Positions 1 to 11,914 are shown, counted from the stretch's first letter. The stretch: DNA of 64,000 nt from an uncultured delta proteobacterium (GCA_963808625.1 CAWEHK010000049.1:1-64000), one strand, 5' to 3'. Numbers and translations: made by a program. The notes: generated by a model from the letters alone, not told the origin.

Positions 1-29
1 TAAATATTGACATAAGCTCATGCAAGGGT

Positions 30-2739
30 CTACCAGGACTCGGAGAGCTTCTCGACGACATCCTTCCTTGCCAGGACCCGCGAGCAAAGCTCCCAGCGGT
101 TCTTGTCGGGGTCGATGGTCTCTTTGTAGCGGAGCTCGAATACGTCACGAGCCTTTTGCCGGAGATGGATGTATTCGTCCATCATGGCTTCGAGGCGCTC
201 AACGTTCTCGATCCAGTCATCTTCGATGGTGTCGGGGAGGCCGCCGAAGATGTCGAACTTGTCTTTCAACCTTCGCGAGAGGACCTGATAGATCTTCTCG
301 TCCTGGGTGTCGTGGTAAACGAGGTTGAGCATGTCCACGGTCGTCTCGCCTGGCCAAAGCGTTTGATCCGCCCGAGGCGCTGCTCAAGTCGGGAAGGATT
401 CCATGGCAGGTCCACGTTGATAAGCGTTCCCAGGGTTTGGAGGTTGAGACCCTCACAGGCGGCGTCCGTGGCGACCACAAGGCGAATGCTCCGGTTCTTG
501 ACCGCCTTCTTGATCTCTTCACGATCGACTGAAGCGAAGGCGTCGCCGCGGAAGATACCGCTCTTCCCCGCGCCGGCATAGACGCCTATGGGTTCACTCT
601 CCAGAGACCGAGCCAACTCCGAAGCGATCCAGAAGACGGTGTCGTAATACTGACTGAAGATGATGCATCCGTGCTCCAGCCAGGTCTTTCCCTCGGTCCG
701 ATGCGCAGTGAGGAAAGAGTTGACAGCCGCCAGCTTTGGATCCCGCGCCTCGGGGCGCGAAAGCTCTTCGATGATCGTGCGCAGATGACCCGCTTCGGTC
801 GGAGTCAGTGCGCTCAGGGGCTCAACGGGTAAACGTGTGTCGTCGTCATCTTCCAGCGTCTCGCCTCGCAGCATCTTCTCGGCGGTGGCTCTGCCCGAGG
901 CAAAACTTGAACAAATGCGTTGAAGCAGCATCGTCTTCATGAATCCTGCGGCCTTCGTGCGCTGCTGCAAAGCGGCGGTGAAGGCCTCGGCAGCCTTGTA
1001 AGCCAGATCGAAGGGGTGATTGGTGAGCAAACCCAAGCCCTCGAAACTCACGCCCGGATAGGCAACCGGTGGGCCTTTGGGGTTCGGGTGGATGTCCACT
1101 GCGACCCTCTCCAGCAGGCCGGCTTCTTCCAGGGTCTGGCGACGGCGGAGAATCGGTGTGGCGAACAAACGGATTGTGCTCCCGGTAGAATGCCGGCGCG
1201 AGCGTCTCCCCTACCGCTTGCTGCTCAAAGAAGCCAAGTGACCCAAAACCTCTGTCGGTGAAGAAGGCGTTGTCCGGAATGCCGAGCTGCAGGCGCAGAC
1301 TGGCGAAGTTGGGATCTTCTTCGCCCGGAGGGAGGGGATTGCGCAGCCACTCCCAGGCATCGCGTTCGTCGGCTGGGGTTTCATCGCCTTTGACGACCGG
1401 CAGCGCCTTCTGCCAGTCCACCCATTTGCTGAGCGTCTCCCGGCCAAGGACAAAGTCCCCGCCGGCGTTGAGAATCCGCATGAGGTCCCACAGCTCAGAA
1501 ACCTCGGTCTGAATGGGTGTGGCCGTGCCCAGCAGCAGATTTTTCGTGCGGGGGCCGATGTGCAGCATGAAGTCAAGCAGGTTATTGGGCTCGGCCTTCT
1601 TCCTGTCGCCAAGGCCGCCCCGGCGGCGGGCTTTATGAGCTTCATCGAGGACCACGGTGCCGAATTTCCGCTCCAGCAAGAAACGCTGCTCTTCTGAGTG
1701 ATGAAAGATCAGTCCTGTGGAGACAATGGCTATTCGGAAGGGGCAGCGCACGATGTCCTCCGGACCCCGCGTTTTGATGGTGTGGCCCTGGTGGTCCAGC
1801 CAGACCTTCTTGGTGGAGAGCCACACCGCGCTGGGGATGCCGAGTTTGTCCTTGAGCTCCACCTGCCACTGGAGCGTAAGGGTCGACGGACAGAGGATGA
1901 GGACCGGCCCATCATCGAGCAGCGCGGAGACCATGGCGCTCGCGGCAAGGGAGAGCGTTTTCCCGACGCCCACTTCATCAGCCAGCAAGCAGCCGGGCTT
2001 TGCCGTAAGTCTCACGGTGTTTGAGAAACATCGTGACAAAGGCCCGCTGCCACGGCTGGAGCTGCTCACCGCCCCGGTAGATGGGGCTTTCGACAAGCGC
2101 AGCAGCGGGGAGTTCCTCCGGTCTCAGGTCTCCGAAGTGGATCTCGACACGGTCGGCAACGCGCTTGATTTCGTCGACGATGGCGTCCGGGAGTGGGAAG
2201 GAGTCCTTCCAGAGCGCCTCGAACTCCTCCTCGACCCAATCCACGCCCTCTGGTGAAGGGTCTTCCCAGAGGATTTCGTAGTTCTGTGCGAAAGCACTCC
2301 TGGTCTCGTTGATGGAGCCGAGGAAGCAGGTCTTGGAGCCGTCCGCCAGTTCAATGACGCCCGCCTTGCCGTGGATGAAGACGCGGTCTTTGGGGACGAC
2401 ACGAATCTCGACCCGGCCGCTGGTCAGCAACTCATGGAGTTTGCGGTAACGGGCGCGGTGCAGCAGGGCTTCGACTTCAGCCGGGGCTTCATTCCAGCGC
2501 TCCTTCAAGGCCGTCTCGCGAACGTGCTTCGAGACGGCCACATCGGCGGCGTCGAGTTCACTGTTGCAGACGATGCGGACGTGAGGAATGTCGGCGATCT
2601 CTTCGCCCACCAGTTCGAAAATGGAGCTGCGAAAATAGCCGGCAATGCGCTTGTAGGACTTCGCACCCTTGAGCTTCGCCGCGAGGAAGGCGTGGTCCAG
2701 GCGTTGGCGTCGCGAGGAGAAGCGGTTGATGATGGTCAT
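30..2739 (-). CDS. PLD-nuclease / SNF2 helicase fusion of a restriction-like (Gao RL type) anti-phage system; split by frameshifts near 1980, 1180 and 335
   Basis: Consecutive ORFs 1978..2739, 846..2096, 266..1168 and 30..338 give a PLD-like HGK...GSIN motif, LLADEVGVGKT Walker A, LDEAH Walker B and TDAACEGLNLQ...PWNPSRLEQRLGRI helicase C motifs. Confidence 0.9.
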
Positions 2740-2805
2740 GTCGGGTTTGTCCGGTTTATGTCGGGTTGGAGAATAGGCTTCATGCCATGTCTGCCCTTGA
2801 CCTAA

Positions 2806-2874
2806 GGCATTTGGGTCATTCCTGAGGCAATTCCGTTCCCGTTGCGCTGGGGCATTTGGGTCATTCCTGAGGCA
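2806..2874. repeat. 24-bp direct repeat GGCATTTGGGTCATTCCTGAGGCA, two copies
   Basis: Identical copies at 2806-2829 and 2851-2874. Confidence 0.9.
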
Positions 2875-4306
2875 TTTTCAGCGCGATCACGTAATGCACC
2901 CCTCGGCCTTTCCCACGCCTCTCGAACAACTTCTCTTTGACCAACTGATCAAGATCCCGAGTCGCAGTCTGACGGCTGGCGCCCGTCAGCACCTGGTAAT
3001 CTGAGCTGGTGATGCGCCTGTTGTCTCTAACATAAACAATCCCTTGTTTTTGCCTCTCATTCAGCCCCAACTCATCCATAACCGCCTTCGTCAGCCAATC
3101 CCGCCGGAGTGTCTGCACGAACTGCCCGCCGTCCTGGCGGAACTCGGGCTCCGGAAGCCCCGCCTCGCGGCAGAGGGCGATCATATCGAGGATGCCGCTG
3201 CCGGCCTTCTCCACGTAACGGGCCAGGAACATGGGTTCGCAGATGAGCGGGTTGTGCGGAATCGAGGCGTGAGGCACACGCAATTGTTCAATGGTCAGCG
3301 GCGGCGGCAGTTCACCGGGATTCCAGACCTCCAGCCGATCCGCAAAAAGCATGACCTGTACGCTGGCGTTGCTGGTGTAGTCACGGTGCGCCACCGCATT
3401 GACTATCGCTTCCGCCACAGCCTCGCGAGGGAACTCATAGTCGACCGGCGCCTCCGGTCCCTGTGCACGGGTTCCGACGGCGCGGGTGACCTTGGACATC
3501 ACAAAATCCACGGCCTGATCCACCAGGTCGAAGACCGTCCCCTTGTACACCTGGTAGGAAGGGATCGGCTTGCGCACCTCAGTGCCGTGGAAGTGCAGGC
3601 ACTTGACTTCTGACGACAGCAAGAATCGCTGGGGATTACTGCCAAACAGCAGAACAGCGGCGTGTGTGGGGTGCCCGGTGTCGAGCAGGCCTAAATGGGT
3701 GAGTGCCTCTCTCGGCGGCGTATTTACCGCCAGCGCGAATTGCCGTTCCTGGCGTGCACGCCCCAGAAACCAGTGCACCTTGTCCTCCGAGATGTCGGCC
3801 AATGTTGCCTCGGGACAGGCGGAGGCGTCGAAAGGTTTGGTGCGGAGCACCCCTGTTCGTTCCAGGTGCTCGACCAGGCTGGCATAAAGGGCAGCGGTCA
3901 GTTCGGGGATACTGCCGAACCGGCGGCGGATGAGCTGGCTTCCCGCTTTGCGGATCAGCGCCTGCAGCTTGGGATGGCGGGCTTTGTCGTCGGCGCCTTT
4001 GATGAAAATCAGCCGGGTCTTGCCGCGGTTCGTCGCTCGGTTAAACTCCCGCTCCGTCGGGGAGACGCCTTCTGCGTCTTCAAAACCGTAGTCTTTGCCG
4101 AACAGGCCCACATAAACCGAGCAGCGATCCACCTCGTCAAGATAGACGTCGTCGGCTCGACGGTCGCTGGCGGGCAAATCCTCAAACAGGAATGCGGTAA
4201 AATAGCGGCGCAGGAGCGGGTCACCTTCGACGAAGGCCTTCACCGCCCGGCGCTCCGCTTCCAGTTCCTTCTGCACGCTGCTGACAAAAAGGGACGCAAT
4301 TGGCAT
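2861..4306 (-). CDS. DUF4062 + RecG-C-like ATP-binding (HATPase_c_4) + winged-HTH protein; true 3' end may extend to about 2736
   Basis: N-terminal LFVSSVQKEL...YVGLFGKDYG (DUF4062), EAIVNAVAHRDY...DRLEVWNPG...VEKAGSGI, and C-terminal SRQTATRDLDQLV HTH. Confidence 0.85.
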   Translation of the reverse strand: MPIASLFVSSVQKELEAERRAVKAFVEGDPLLRRYFTAFLFEDLPASDRRADDVYLDEVDRCSVYVGLFGKDYGFEDAEGVSPTEREFNRATNRGKTRLIFIKGADDKARHPKLQALIRKAGSQLIRRRFGSIPELTAALYASLVEHLERTGVLRTKPFDASACPEATLADISEDKVHWFLGRARQERQFALAVNTPPREALTHLGLLDTGHPTHAAVLLFGSNPQRFLLSSEVKCLHFHGTEVRKPIPSYQVYKGTVFDLVDQAVDFVMSKVTRAVGTRAQGPEAPVDYEFPREAVAEAIVNAVAHRDYTSNASVQVMLFADRLEVWNPGELPPPLTIEQLRVPHASIPHNPLICEPMFLARYVEKAGSGILDMIALCREAGLPEPEFRQDGGQFVQTLRRDWLTKAVMDELGLNERQKQGIVYVRDNRRITSSDYQVLTGASRQTATRDLDQLVKEKLFERRGKGRGVHYVIALKMPQE

Positions 4307-4323
4307 CGATTGATTCCTTGTTC

Positions 4324-7300
4324 TCAGCCCAGTCGCTGGTTCTTCACCAATTCGCGCAGAACCCGAGCGGCGCTTGCTTCCTCGGGGCGGATGGTTTCGA
4401 GCTTCTTCGCCAGGTAATCGGCCAGTTCCACGACGCGGTCACGCTGGGTCGTGTTGCCGTAATAGTCAGGTACGTTGAAGGTGAGGTGGGCGAGCACTTC
4501 AGTGCCATCCACATCTTTCACCAGTTCCATCAAGGCGTAAAGGACGGCGCGAAGCACCGACTGGTGCAGCTCGGAGCCCTCGGACATCTCCGTCCGTCCG
4601 AACTCGACCGCGCTCTTGAGCCGTGCGTGATTGGCCTTCTGGCTGCCCATGAGGGCGCGAAAATCGCGGACTTTGAAGGCCTTGGCGAAGTTCTGGTAGT
4701 TATCCAGCGTCTTGAAGCCCTTGGCTTCGAGGTCAAGGAGCTTGAGGTAGAACCGCTCCGCGCCGCTGAGCTCCTTCCAGTGCTTCTCGGGTATCCCTTG
4801 CGGGACGAGGCACTGGTTGGCGGTGTCCACGGCAAAGGCGATCAGCTCGTCCACAAAAGTGGTCTCGCCTTTGACGCGCGGGCGGATGGCCTCGGTGGTC
4901 ATGTCGCGGCCGTCAATGATGGCGTACCGGGTGAGCACGCGCAGCGCGGCGGCGTAGCCGGCCATCTGGAGGTCGGCGTCCTCGAAGACGTTTTCGTCGC
5001 GGTAAAGGCCCCGAGCTTCCTGGTTGAGCCCGGTGAGGGTGCGCACCTGTTCTTCCACTTCCTCCTGGATTTCCCACGCGAGGTCGTCGCGGGTGGTCTT
5101 GTGCGTACCCTGGCGCTTGCGGACAGACGAGAAGCACGGTGCCTTTCACATGGCTGCCCTTCGCGCAGGGCACTCTCTGTCTCGGTGGCCACATACCACG
5201 CTGCGGTGACCTGCAGGCCGGAGGCCCAGACGATGTTCGCCATGTCCGCCCAGATGCTCCCGGACTGGTGGGTAAACATGATGACCTGGATGCCGTTGTC
5301 CGGCATGCATCTCGGTCATCCGCTTGTAGGCCGCCACCATGCCCCGGCGGAAATCCTCGCCATCACCCTTGATGGCGAGCGAGCGGCGGCTGTCCCAGAC
5401 CCAGTCGGCGAACTCGGGCGGCGGGTTCTTGCGCAGCCAGGCGATGAAGAACTCGAGGATCTCTTCGTACTTTACCGCATCGCCGTAGGGCGGGTCGGTG
5501 ATGAAGATGTCAGTATCCTCAGTGATGGCGCTCGCGTCAGTATTGCTTACGATTGTGGTCTGCCAGCTTTCAGACGGAAATGTCTTGTATCGAGCCTTGC
5601 GATGCATTGAAAGACTATAGCGAGATGCTCGGCAGCCATAGTTAAAAGCGTGTTCAGAGCTTGGTTGTCGAAAACCTGCTTCACTCCACCGCTGCGGCCA
5701 TCGCCATCGCCGAGGCTCCAGCGAGTCAGCCTCGCGCTTGTAGTTCAACACCTGTGCCAACCCAAACTTCAATTGTGCATCGCTGAAGCGATTCACCAGC
5801 CCGCCACCAACAGTTGCCGCGGGTTGAACAGATGATGCCAGTACGTCCAACCGCGCGCTCGAATTGGTTCGTCGGTCTTGGCGCCCGGTTCGATCCGCAT
5901 ATCCGGGAATCCAGCCCTTTTCCTGCCAATCAGCCAGATGTCGGCGACGAACTCCTCGACCTTGCGTTCGCGATCAGGTCTTCGGTCGTGACAGCACGGA
6001 ACTCGTAATCGTCGCCTTTCCCTTCTGCTTTCGGCCGCATCCAATGGATGCAGTAGAGGCGCTCCTGGAAGATATCGTCAGGTCGGGGCTTGAAATCGTG
6101 CTTCTCCCACAGCCGAAGCGGTTGCCAGTTGTCCCGTCAGGTTTCGCGATAGTCCCCGCGCAGTGTTGAGATCTTAGTCCGGTAGTCTGTGCCATCCACG
6201 TGATGGATCAAGATATGGGTCTTGCCCTCGCCCATCGCGACCGAACGGTACCCCGCTTTGCGGCAAGCTTCATTCTCTTCGCAAACCCGGATGCGGATCT
6301 GCGATATCGTAACGCTTCGTCACTGGGTCTGGTATCAGCTCTACGATCACCCGATGTCCTTTGCTGATGAGCAAGGTCGGCAAAAGCGGCACCATCCAAC
6401 CCGTCTGCGGGCAGCGTGCTTCCACGCAGTAGAGAAAGACCTTGGCGCGCCAGCCATTGCCGTCGGTCTCGACGCCGAGCCTATCGATCTCGGCCTGCAC
6501 CTCTGCAACCAATTCCCGTTGCTGCTGTGCGAACTTCGTCGCGACTCTCCGGCGACCCACCAACTATGTGAAAGGCACCCCAGGTGAGCATGCAGGCCAC
6601 CGGGTTGAGGTCGGAGGCATAGACGTCGCAGCCGAGCCGTGGCGGCCTCGAACGGAATCTGACCGGAACCACAGAAGGTGTCGGCTACGCGCGGGCGATG
6701 GCCAAAGCGCATGATGCCGAGTTGCTCGACCAGCTCCGGGAATGAATGCGCGCACGTGCCGAGGTGAGCGTTGACGGCATCCCAGATATGGTCGTGGACA
6801 GTATCCATGACTTCCTCGGGCCGTTTGGCTTTTTCCACCCGCTCACGGTAGGACACCTTGGGCAGCATCTGTGCTTCCAAGCCGGCGGCGCTCCAGTTCG
6901 GAAAGATCCTCGCGCCAGGCGACTTTCACCTGCTGAATATTCGGGGTTCGACCAGTCGATCGGGTGCCGACTCGGCAGGAACCGATGCGGCGTACACGGT
7001 GAAGTAATCGGTGATGCGGGCGATACTGAGATCGTGGCAAGGATCTCCTTCGGCTTGCGGGCGGCGCGTCCAGCGGGCGACGAAAGACTCGTCGTCCATG
7101 GCCATGAGCTTCTCGAATATTTCGAGGTCGCGTGTTGAGGTCGTCTGTCGCGGGCAGCAGACAGCCCAGGATGCAGGCTTTGTTCAGGATGAGCGGCTTG
7201 CGGCCTTTCCAGTAGCTGCCCAATGCGGTGAGCGTCTTGCCCTGCACCGCCATCTGCTCCTTGTAAGCCTCGGCGGAAAGCTTCTGGACAGGCAGGAGTC

Positions 7301-7355
7301 GCTCGATGAAAGCGGGGGCATCCTTGAGAGAATATGGTGTAACCGATACAGTCAT
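4324..7355 (-). CDS. DUF1156 amino-methyltransferase of the restriction-like system; many frameshifts
   Basis: Fragments 6843..7355 (LPVQKLSAEAYKE...LTALGSYWKGRKPL), 6347..6880 (DTFCGSGQIPFEA SAM-binding motif), 5146..5850 (FITDPPYGD catalytic motif) and 4324..5058 (C-terminus). Confidence 0.88.
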
Positions 7356-7367
7356 GTCGCTTCCTGT

Positions 7368-8207
7368 GTAGGGGCGACCGGCCGGTCGCCCCTACGGATT
7401 GTGTCTGTTGGTTGCCTCTGCCGATAGTCTAATCGGGTCGTCTGCACCGATTGTGGTGAATTGTCATTCCCAGGGGTTGGTCTGATGGGTCGTCCCGGAC
7501 CTGGGATTCTCGGGATCGATGTCCCATTGCAGGGGGTTGTTCACGATGTATTCTCGTATACGATTCAAAGACACCTCATCGCGGATGATGTGTTCGTAGT
7601 AATTCCTTTGCCAGACAGGGACTCCAGGCATTCGTCGCAGTTCATTGATCCGTTTCGTAACAGCGGATTTGAAACCAGAAACAAACGAGGGCAACGAACG
7701 TCCGGCGGGGCTTGTAGGGGCGACCGGTCGGTCGCCCCTACCTTTTGCGAACACGTCCCTACCATTTGCGAAGGGTTGCCTGGCTGGTTGTGTTGGAGGG
7801 TCCGGTTTGTCACCCATAGCGTTTGCTAACGGGTGTTTGGTCGTAGGGGCGACCGGCTGGTCGCCCCTACAATCGACAATGTGAAGAATGCCGTGGATAT
7901 GATTCGGCATAACCACAAATACATCAAATTCCATGTTCTTCCGAATGTCCCCAGACTTTTTCCATTCATCCGCCACAATTTCACCGAACGCGTTCAATAC
8001 GACTCGATCTGTTGCCACCTCGCCAAACAGACATTCCCGCATGTGGGAAACCATCGTCACGAAATATGCTCCCTTCGATGAATAATCATATCCTTTCAAC
8101 CGTATGGACCGGCGATGATGTTTCTCCCTATCGAATCTCTCCACGATGTATCCTCCCACCATTTGCGAATGCATGTTTGGTAGGGGCGACCGGCCGGTCG
8201 CCCCTGC
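7368..8207. repeat. Four 28-bp GTAG-type REP palindromes GTAGGGGCGACCGG(C/T)(C/T)GGTCGCCCCT(A/G)C
   Basis: Copies at 7368-7395 (perfect palindrome), 7714-7741, 7843-7870 and 8180-8207; two flank the RAYT gene and two lie inside it. Confidence 0.95.
7464..8144 (-). mobile_element. REP-associated tyrosine transposase (RAYT/TnpA-REP, IS200-like HUH)
   Basis: HHRRSIRLKGYDYS..GAYFVT, VVMPNHIHGI (HUH) and WQRNYYEHIIRD...IREYIVNNP; probable GTG start at 8144 with GGAGGA at 8151-8156. Confidence 0.92.
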
Positions 8208-8248
8208 ATGCCAACCAACGTCTGGTCGTCCCCACCGTTAAATGGGCA

Positions 8249-8830
8249 TCATTGGTTCCCCCTGAAAAGCGATAGTTGGATGGGATTTGATTCAGGTTCC
8301 ACCGGTCGGGGGCGCTTCTTGCGAGTGGGTGTCTTTTCGCCGTCCGAGAGGGCATGAAACAGAGCACGGCGCCAGCCGCGCTGAGTGTCCTCGGGGAGCC
8401 CTGCCTCGGCCACGGTCATGGAGAAGAGCCACCAGCGCTCCTCGGGGCGAAGCGCGGCCCACTTGCTGCAGATGATGGGAAGTTGCTCGGCAGTGGCCGT
8501 CTCGGCGGCCCAGGCGAGGACGCAGAGTTCCTTGCCGAGGAGGCGGTCCACGAGGTTAACGCCGGTGTGCCAGCGGCCGGTGGGGATTTTGGCGGCCTTG
8601 AGCCGGCCGTTGAACTCGCGCCGGGCGATGTCGGCAATGCCTGACCAGATGGGGCGCAGCAGAATAACACGCTCCTCGTCTCGGGGGATGCCGCCTTCGA
8701 GCCCGCGATAGCCATAATCTTCGATGATGCGGACGGGTTCGCTCCTGGCCGCCGGAATCTCGACGCGGAAGACGTGCGCACCGAATGTCTCCGGTGCGCC
8801 GAAGTCCACGGTCTTGATGGTCTCGTTCAT
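8249..8830 (-). CDS. DUF3780 protein of the restriction-like system
   Basis: VDRLLGKELCVLAWA...WAALRPEERWWL...RGWRRAL motifs; start overlaps the DUF499 stop. Confidence 0.9.
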   Translation of the reverse strand: MNETIKTVDFGAPETFGAHVFRVEIPAARSEPVRIIEDYGYRGLEGGIPRDEERVILLRPIWSGIADIARREFNGRLKAAKIPTGRWHTGVNLVDRLLGKELCVLAWAAETATAEQLPIICSKWAALRPEERWWLFSMTVAEAGLPEDTQRGWRRALFHALSDGEKTPTRKKRPRPVEPESNPIQLSLFRGNQ

Positions 8831-11800
8831 TGCTCGACGTCTCCCTGTTGGAGCCCGATGCCGAGCTTCTCGGCAAAGTCCTTGAGGTCGTGGCCGGAGG
8901 CGAAGTGTGCTTTGCGGAAGGTCATGGTGACAGGAGTGTCGGGTTCGAACTTTTCCAGCACGGTTTTCAGGATAGCCTCGATGAAGGCAGCGTTCACCTG
9001 GATTTCGCCAACCATGACCTGCACCGCCTGCGTGCCCTGACCGACCGTGAGGGTGACGTTCTCGAAGGCTACGGATTTCTCGGCGGCCTGTTTGAGGCCC
9101 TCGAAGGTTTTAGGGCGGGAGTCGAGCTTGCGACCGATGCGCGAAACGAGGCGGCAGGGCTTTACGTCGTCAATCTGAACGCCTTTCTTTCCCCTCGCCG
9201 GAAAACGGAACTCCTCTTTCGCTTCGAGCCCGTCGGCTTCGGCGAAGACCCAGAGCAAGACATCGCCGTCGCCGATTTCGACAGGTTTGTCGTAGACTGT
9301 TCCTTCGCGGGGCTCACTGCCATCGAGAGTGTAGCGGATGCGAGCCTTTGGGCGCGACGAAAAGCTCGACCGTGCGGTTGCCGTCTTTTTCGGAGAGGTA
9401 ATTGCGCAGCGACGAGCTTGTTGGACCAGGTGACCGGGTCGCCAGTCTCGTACTGGCCGGAAGGATCCACGACGAGGAAGTTCACCCGGAGGGCTTTGGT
9501 GGTGAGTGACTGGTCCTTGAGCTGCGGGCTGGACTCGGTGACCGGGGCATCCTCGGCGTAGTGGATGCGCGGCGCGGGACCGGCATTCTGGGGGTTGATC
9601 CGCAGGCGGACCTTGCCTTCGTCGTCCGGTTCGGATTCGGTGATGACCTGGACGGAGGTGCTCTTTTTCTTCGGCTTCTTGGTGACGTAGCCATTGCCGA
9701 GATCTTCCCAGAGGCCGCGGTTGCAGGCGATGGACTTGAGGCTGTCGAGCCCCTTGGGAGGGAGCCAGGGCATGCCGGCCTGCTCCATGTAGCGGTCTGC
9801 GGCATCGGTCCAGCGGGCCTCGTCCTGGTTTTCGGGCCAGAGGAGGTCCTGAGCCTTATCGCGGATGGGGTCGAAATCCTTCTCGACATCGAGATAGAGC
9901 TTGAGCGGGTTCGACGTGAGCGTCTTCTCGATCTGCTCCTCGCCGTTGAAGGGCTTGGTGGCATCGCGGGTCATGTCGAGCGCTTTGGGCGCGAGCTGCG
10001 ACGGCCTGCCGGCGCGCTGGATGGGAAAGAGGACCTTATCGAACAGGCCAAGGATGGTGGCGTTGAAGTCTTGTTCGTAGGTTTGCTGCTTCTTTTCCAG
10101 GTCTTCACGCTGGGGGTGGCCTTTGGGGATTCGGCCATCGGCTTTCTGGGCCGCAAAGAGCTGGCGGGCGGCCTTCTCGACGCTACCCATGGCGGTCTTG
10201 TCGCCGGTGAGGACGCAAAGGTTGTTCTTCTGGCTGAGACCCTCGAAGAACTTCTGGACCTCCTCGGGCGGAATCTTCGAATCGGGGCTGACGATGAGCA
10301 GCACCCGGCCTTTGCGGACACGGTCGGCAACGTCTTCGAGCTTGGGCAGCGGGAGGACTTCCTCGTAGACGGTCTTGCGAGCAGGCTTGAACATGTCTCT
10401 CAGGCGATGGCGGATGAGATCATCCACCTGGTTTTCCGGTGCGTCATGGGCAAGGCTCTGGAGGAGTTTGGTGAGGTTCTCCTGCCGGTCGAAGTAGTAG
10501 CGGCCCTCCGGGGTGTGATGGAGATACCAGGCGGACTTTTCCAGCTCCTCGAAGGCGGCGAGAAATTCGGACGGCTCGCGCAGCGGCGAGATGAGGCACT
10601 CGACCATCTCCTCGCGGGTGAGGCCTTTTACCGCGTTGACGGCGGTGGAGAGGCTGGCGGTGAGCAGCAGCGCGCCCACCTGGGTGGCCGCTTCCTTGCC
10701 GGTGCTGCAGATCGATGATCTGGGCGTGCGCCGACTGGTTGCCGTCCCAGAGGTCCTTGGCGATCACATCGCGCATGCCGGAAATCTCGGTGAGCTTGTC
10801 GCGAACCTCGGGGATGGAGAGATCGAAGTGCTGCGGGCCGATGAGAAAGACGTCGTTGGCCTGGCGCTCCCAGACGGAGCGAAGGAGGCGCGAAACCAGC
10901 TCGATGAGGCCGCGCGTCTGCTTGAACTGCTCATTCTCCTTGAAGAGGGCGATGACATTCTTGAGGCGCGGATGGAACGGGTAGGTGGCGGCGATTTCGT
11001 CGGCGATGGCTTCGGCGCCGCGGTTGGCGACTTTGGACTTGCTGGCTTCTTCCAGCTTCTTGCCATAGGCGGCGGCGATGTCGGCAATCTCCGCTTGGTC
11101 GGGCATGGCTTCGAAGAGCCGCTTGCGGAGGATGTCATAAATTTCATTGGCGGCGAGGTCGACGGGGGTGATGTTGCGCTCCTGCCGGCCGAGTTCCTGA
11201 CGGGCGTCTTGGAGGGCGCGATTGATGAGCCTGATGCCGGTGTCGTAGGTGGCCGCGAGGTCGGAGACCACGACGCAGACGTTGGTCTTCTTGCCGGCCG
11301 CGGTGAGGAGGTTGGCGAACGCGCGCGTGGCGATATCGGCGACGGTCCCGTTGCCGACCTTCTGGGTATCGAGGTAGTGAAAATAAGGCGGCATTTCATC
11401 GAGCAGGATGAGGATGGGCTCGTCACCTTCGAAGAGCTTCAGCCAGTCCTTCTCCTCGGGCGCTTTGGGACCGGCCGTCCAGAGCGCCTTGAACTGGTCG
11501 CCCTTGCCGAGTTGGTTGGCGATTTCGCCCCAGAAGAAGTGGTCGGGATTATTGCGGCCATTGAAGGCGGCGATGTTGGCGACGGCGAACGAATCGGCGT
11601 GGCGGATTCCGCCGCAGTAGTGCTTGCGAAGTTCGGGATGCCTGGCGAGAAGGCCGAAGCCGACGAGCAAGTGGGTCTTGCCGCCGCCCATCGCCTGCTT
11701 CAGGTGGAAGACGGCCTGGGTGGAAGCGCCGGCGAGCCGGGCGATGCCTTCGCTGATGAGGTCTTGCATGCCCTGGGTGATGTGGGTCTTCTTGAAGAAG

Positions 11801-11914
11801 GCCGTACCGTCGCCTTCGTCGTTGATCAGTTCATCGAGTTGCTCGATCTGATCGCTGAGTTTGATGGAGAGCGCGTTGGGCTGGAGTATCGCAGGCGTCG
11901 CGGACGGTCTTCAT
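8827..11914 (-). CDS. DUF499 AAA+ ATPase of the restriction-like system; frameshifts near 11890, 10700 and 9400
   Basis: LKQAMGGGKTH Walker A, ILLDEMPPY Walker B, YPFHP and FKQTRGLI; fragments 10444..11769, 9162..10679 and 8827..9258; reconstructed start MKTVRDAC at 11914 with upstream GAGGA. Confidence 0.9.

Noticed and set aside
4324..7355. Programmed frameshifting or phase variation of the methyltransferase
   Set aside because: Shifts are numerous, not at long repeats, and equally affect housekeeping genes
7368..8207. CRISPR array from the 28-bp palindromic repeats
   Set aside because: Spacing is irregular (about 100-320 bp), copies sit in and around a RAYT gene, and there are no cas genes; these are REPs
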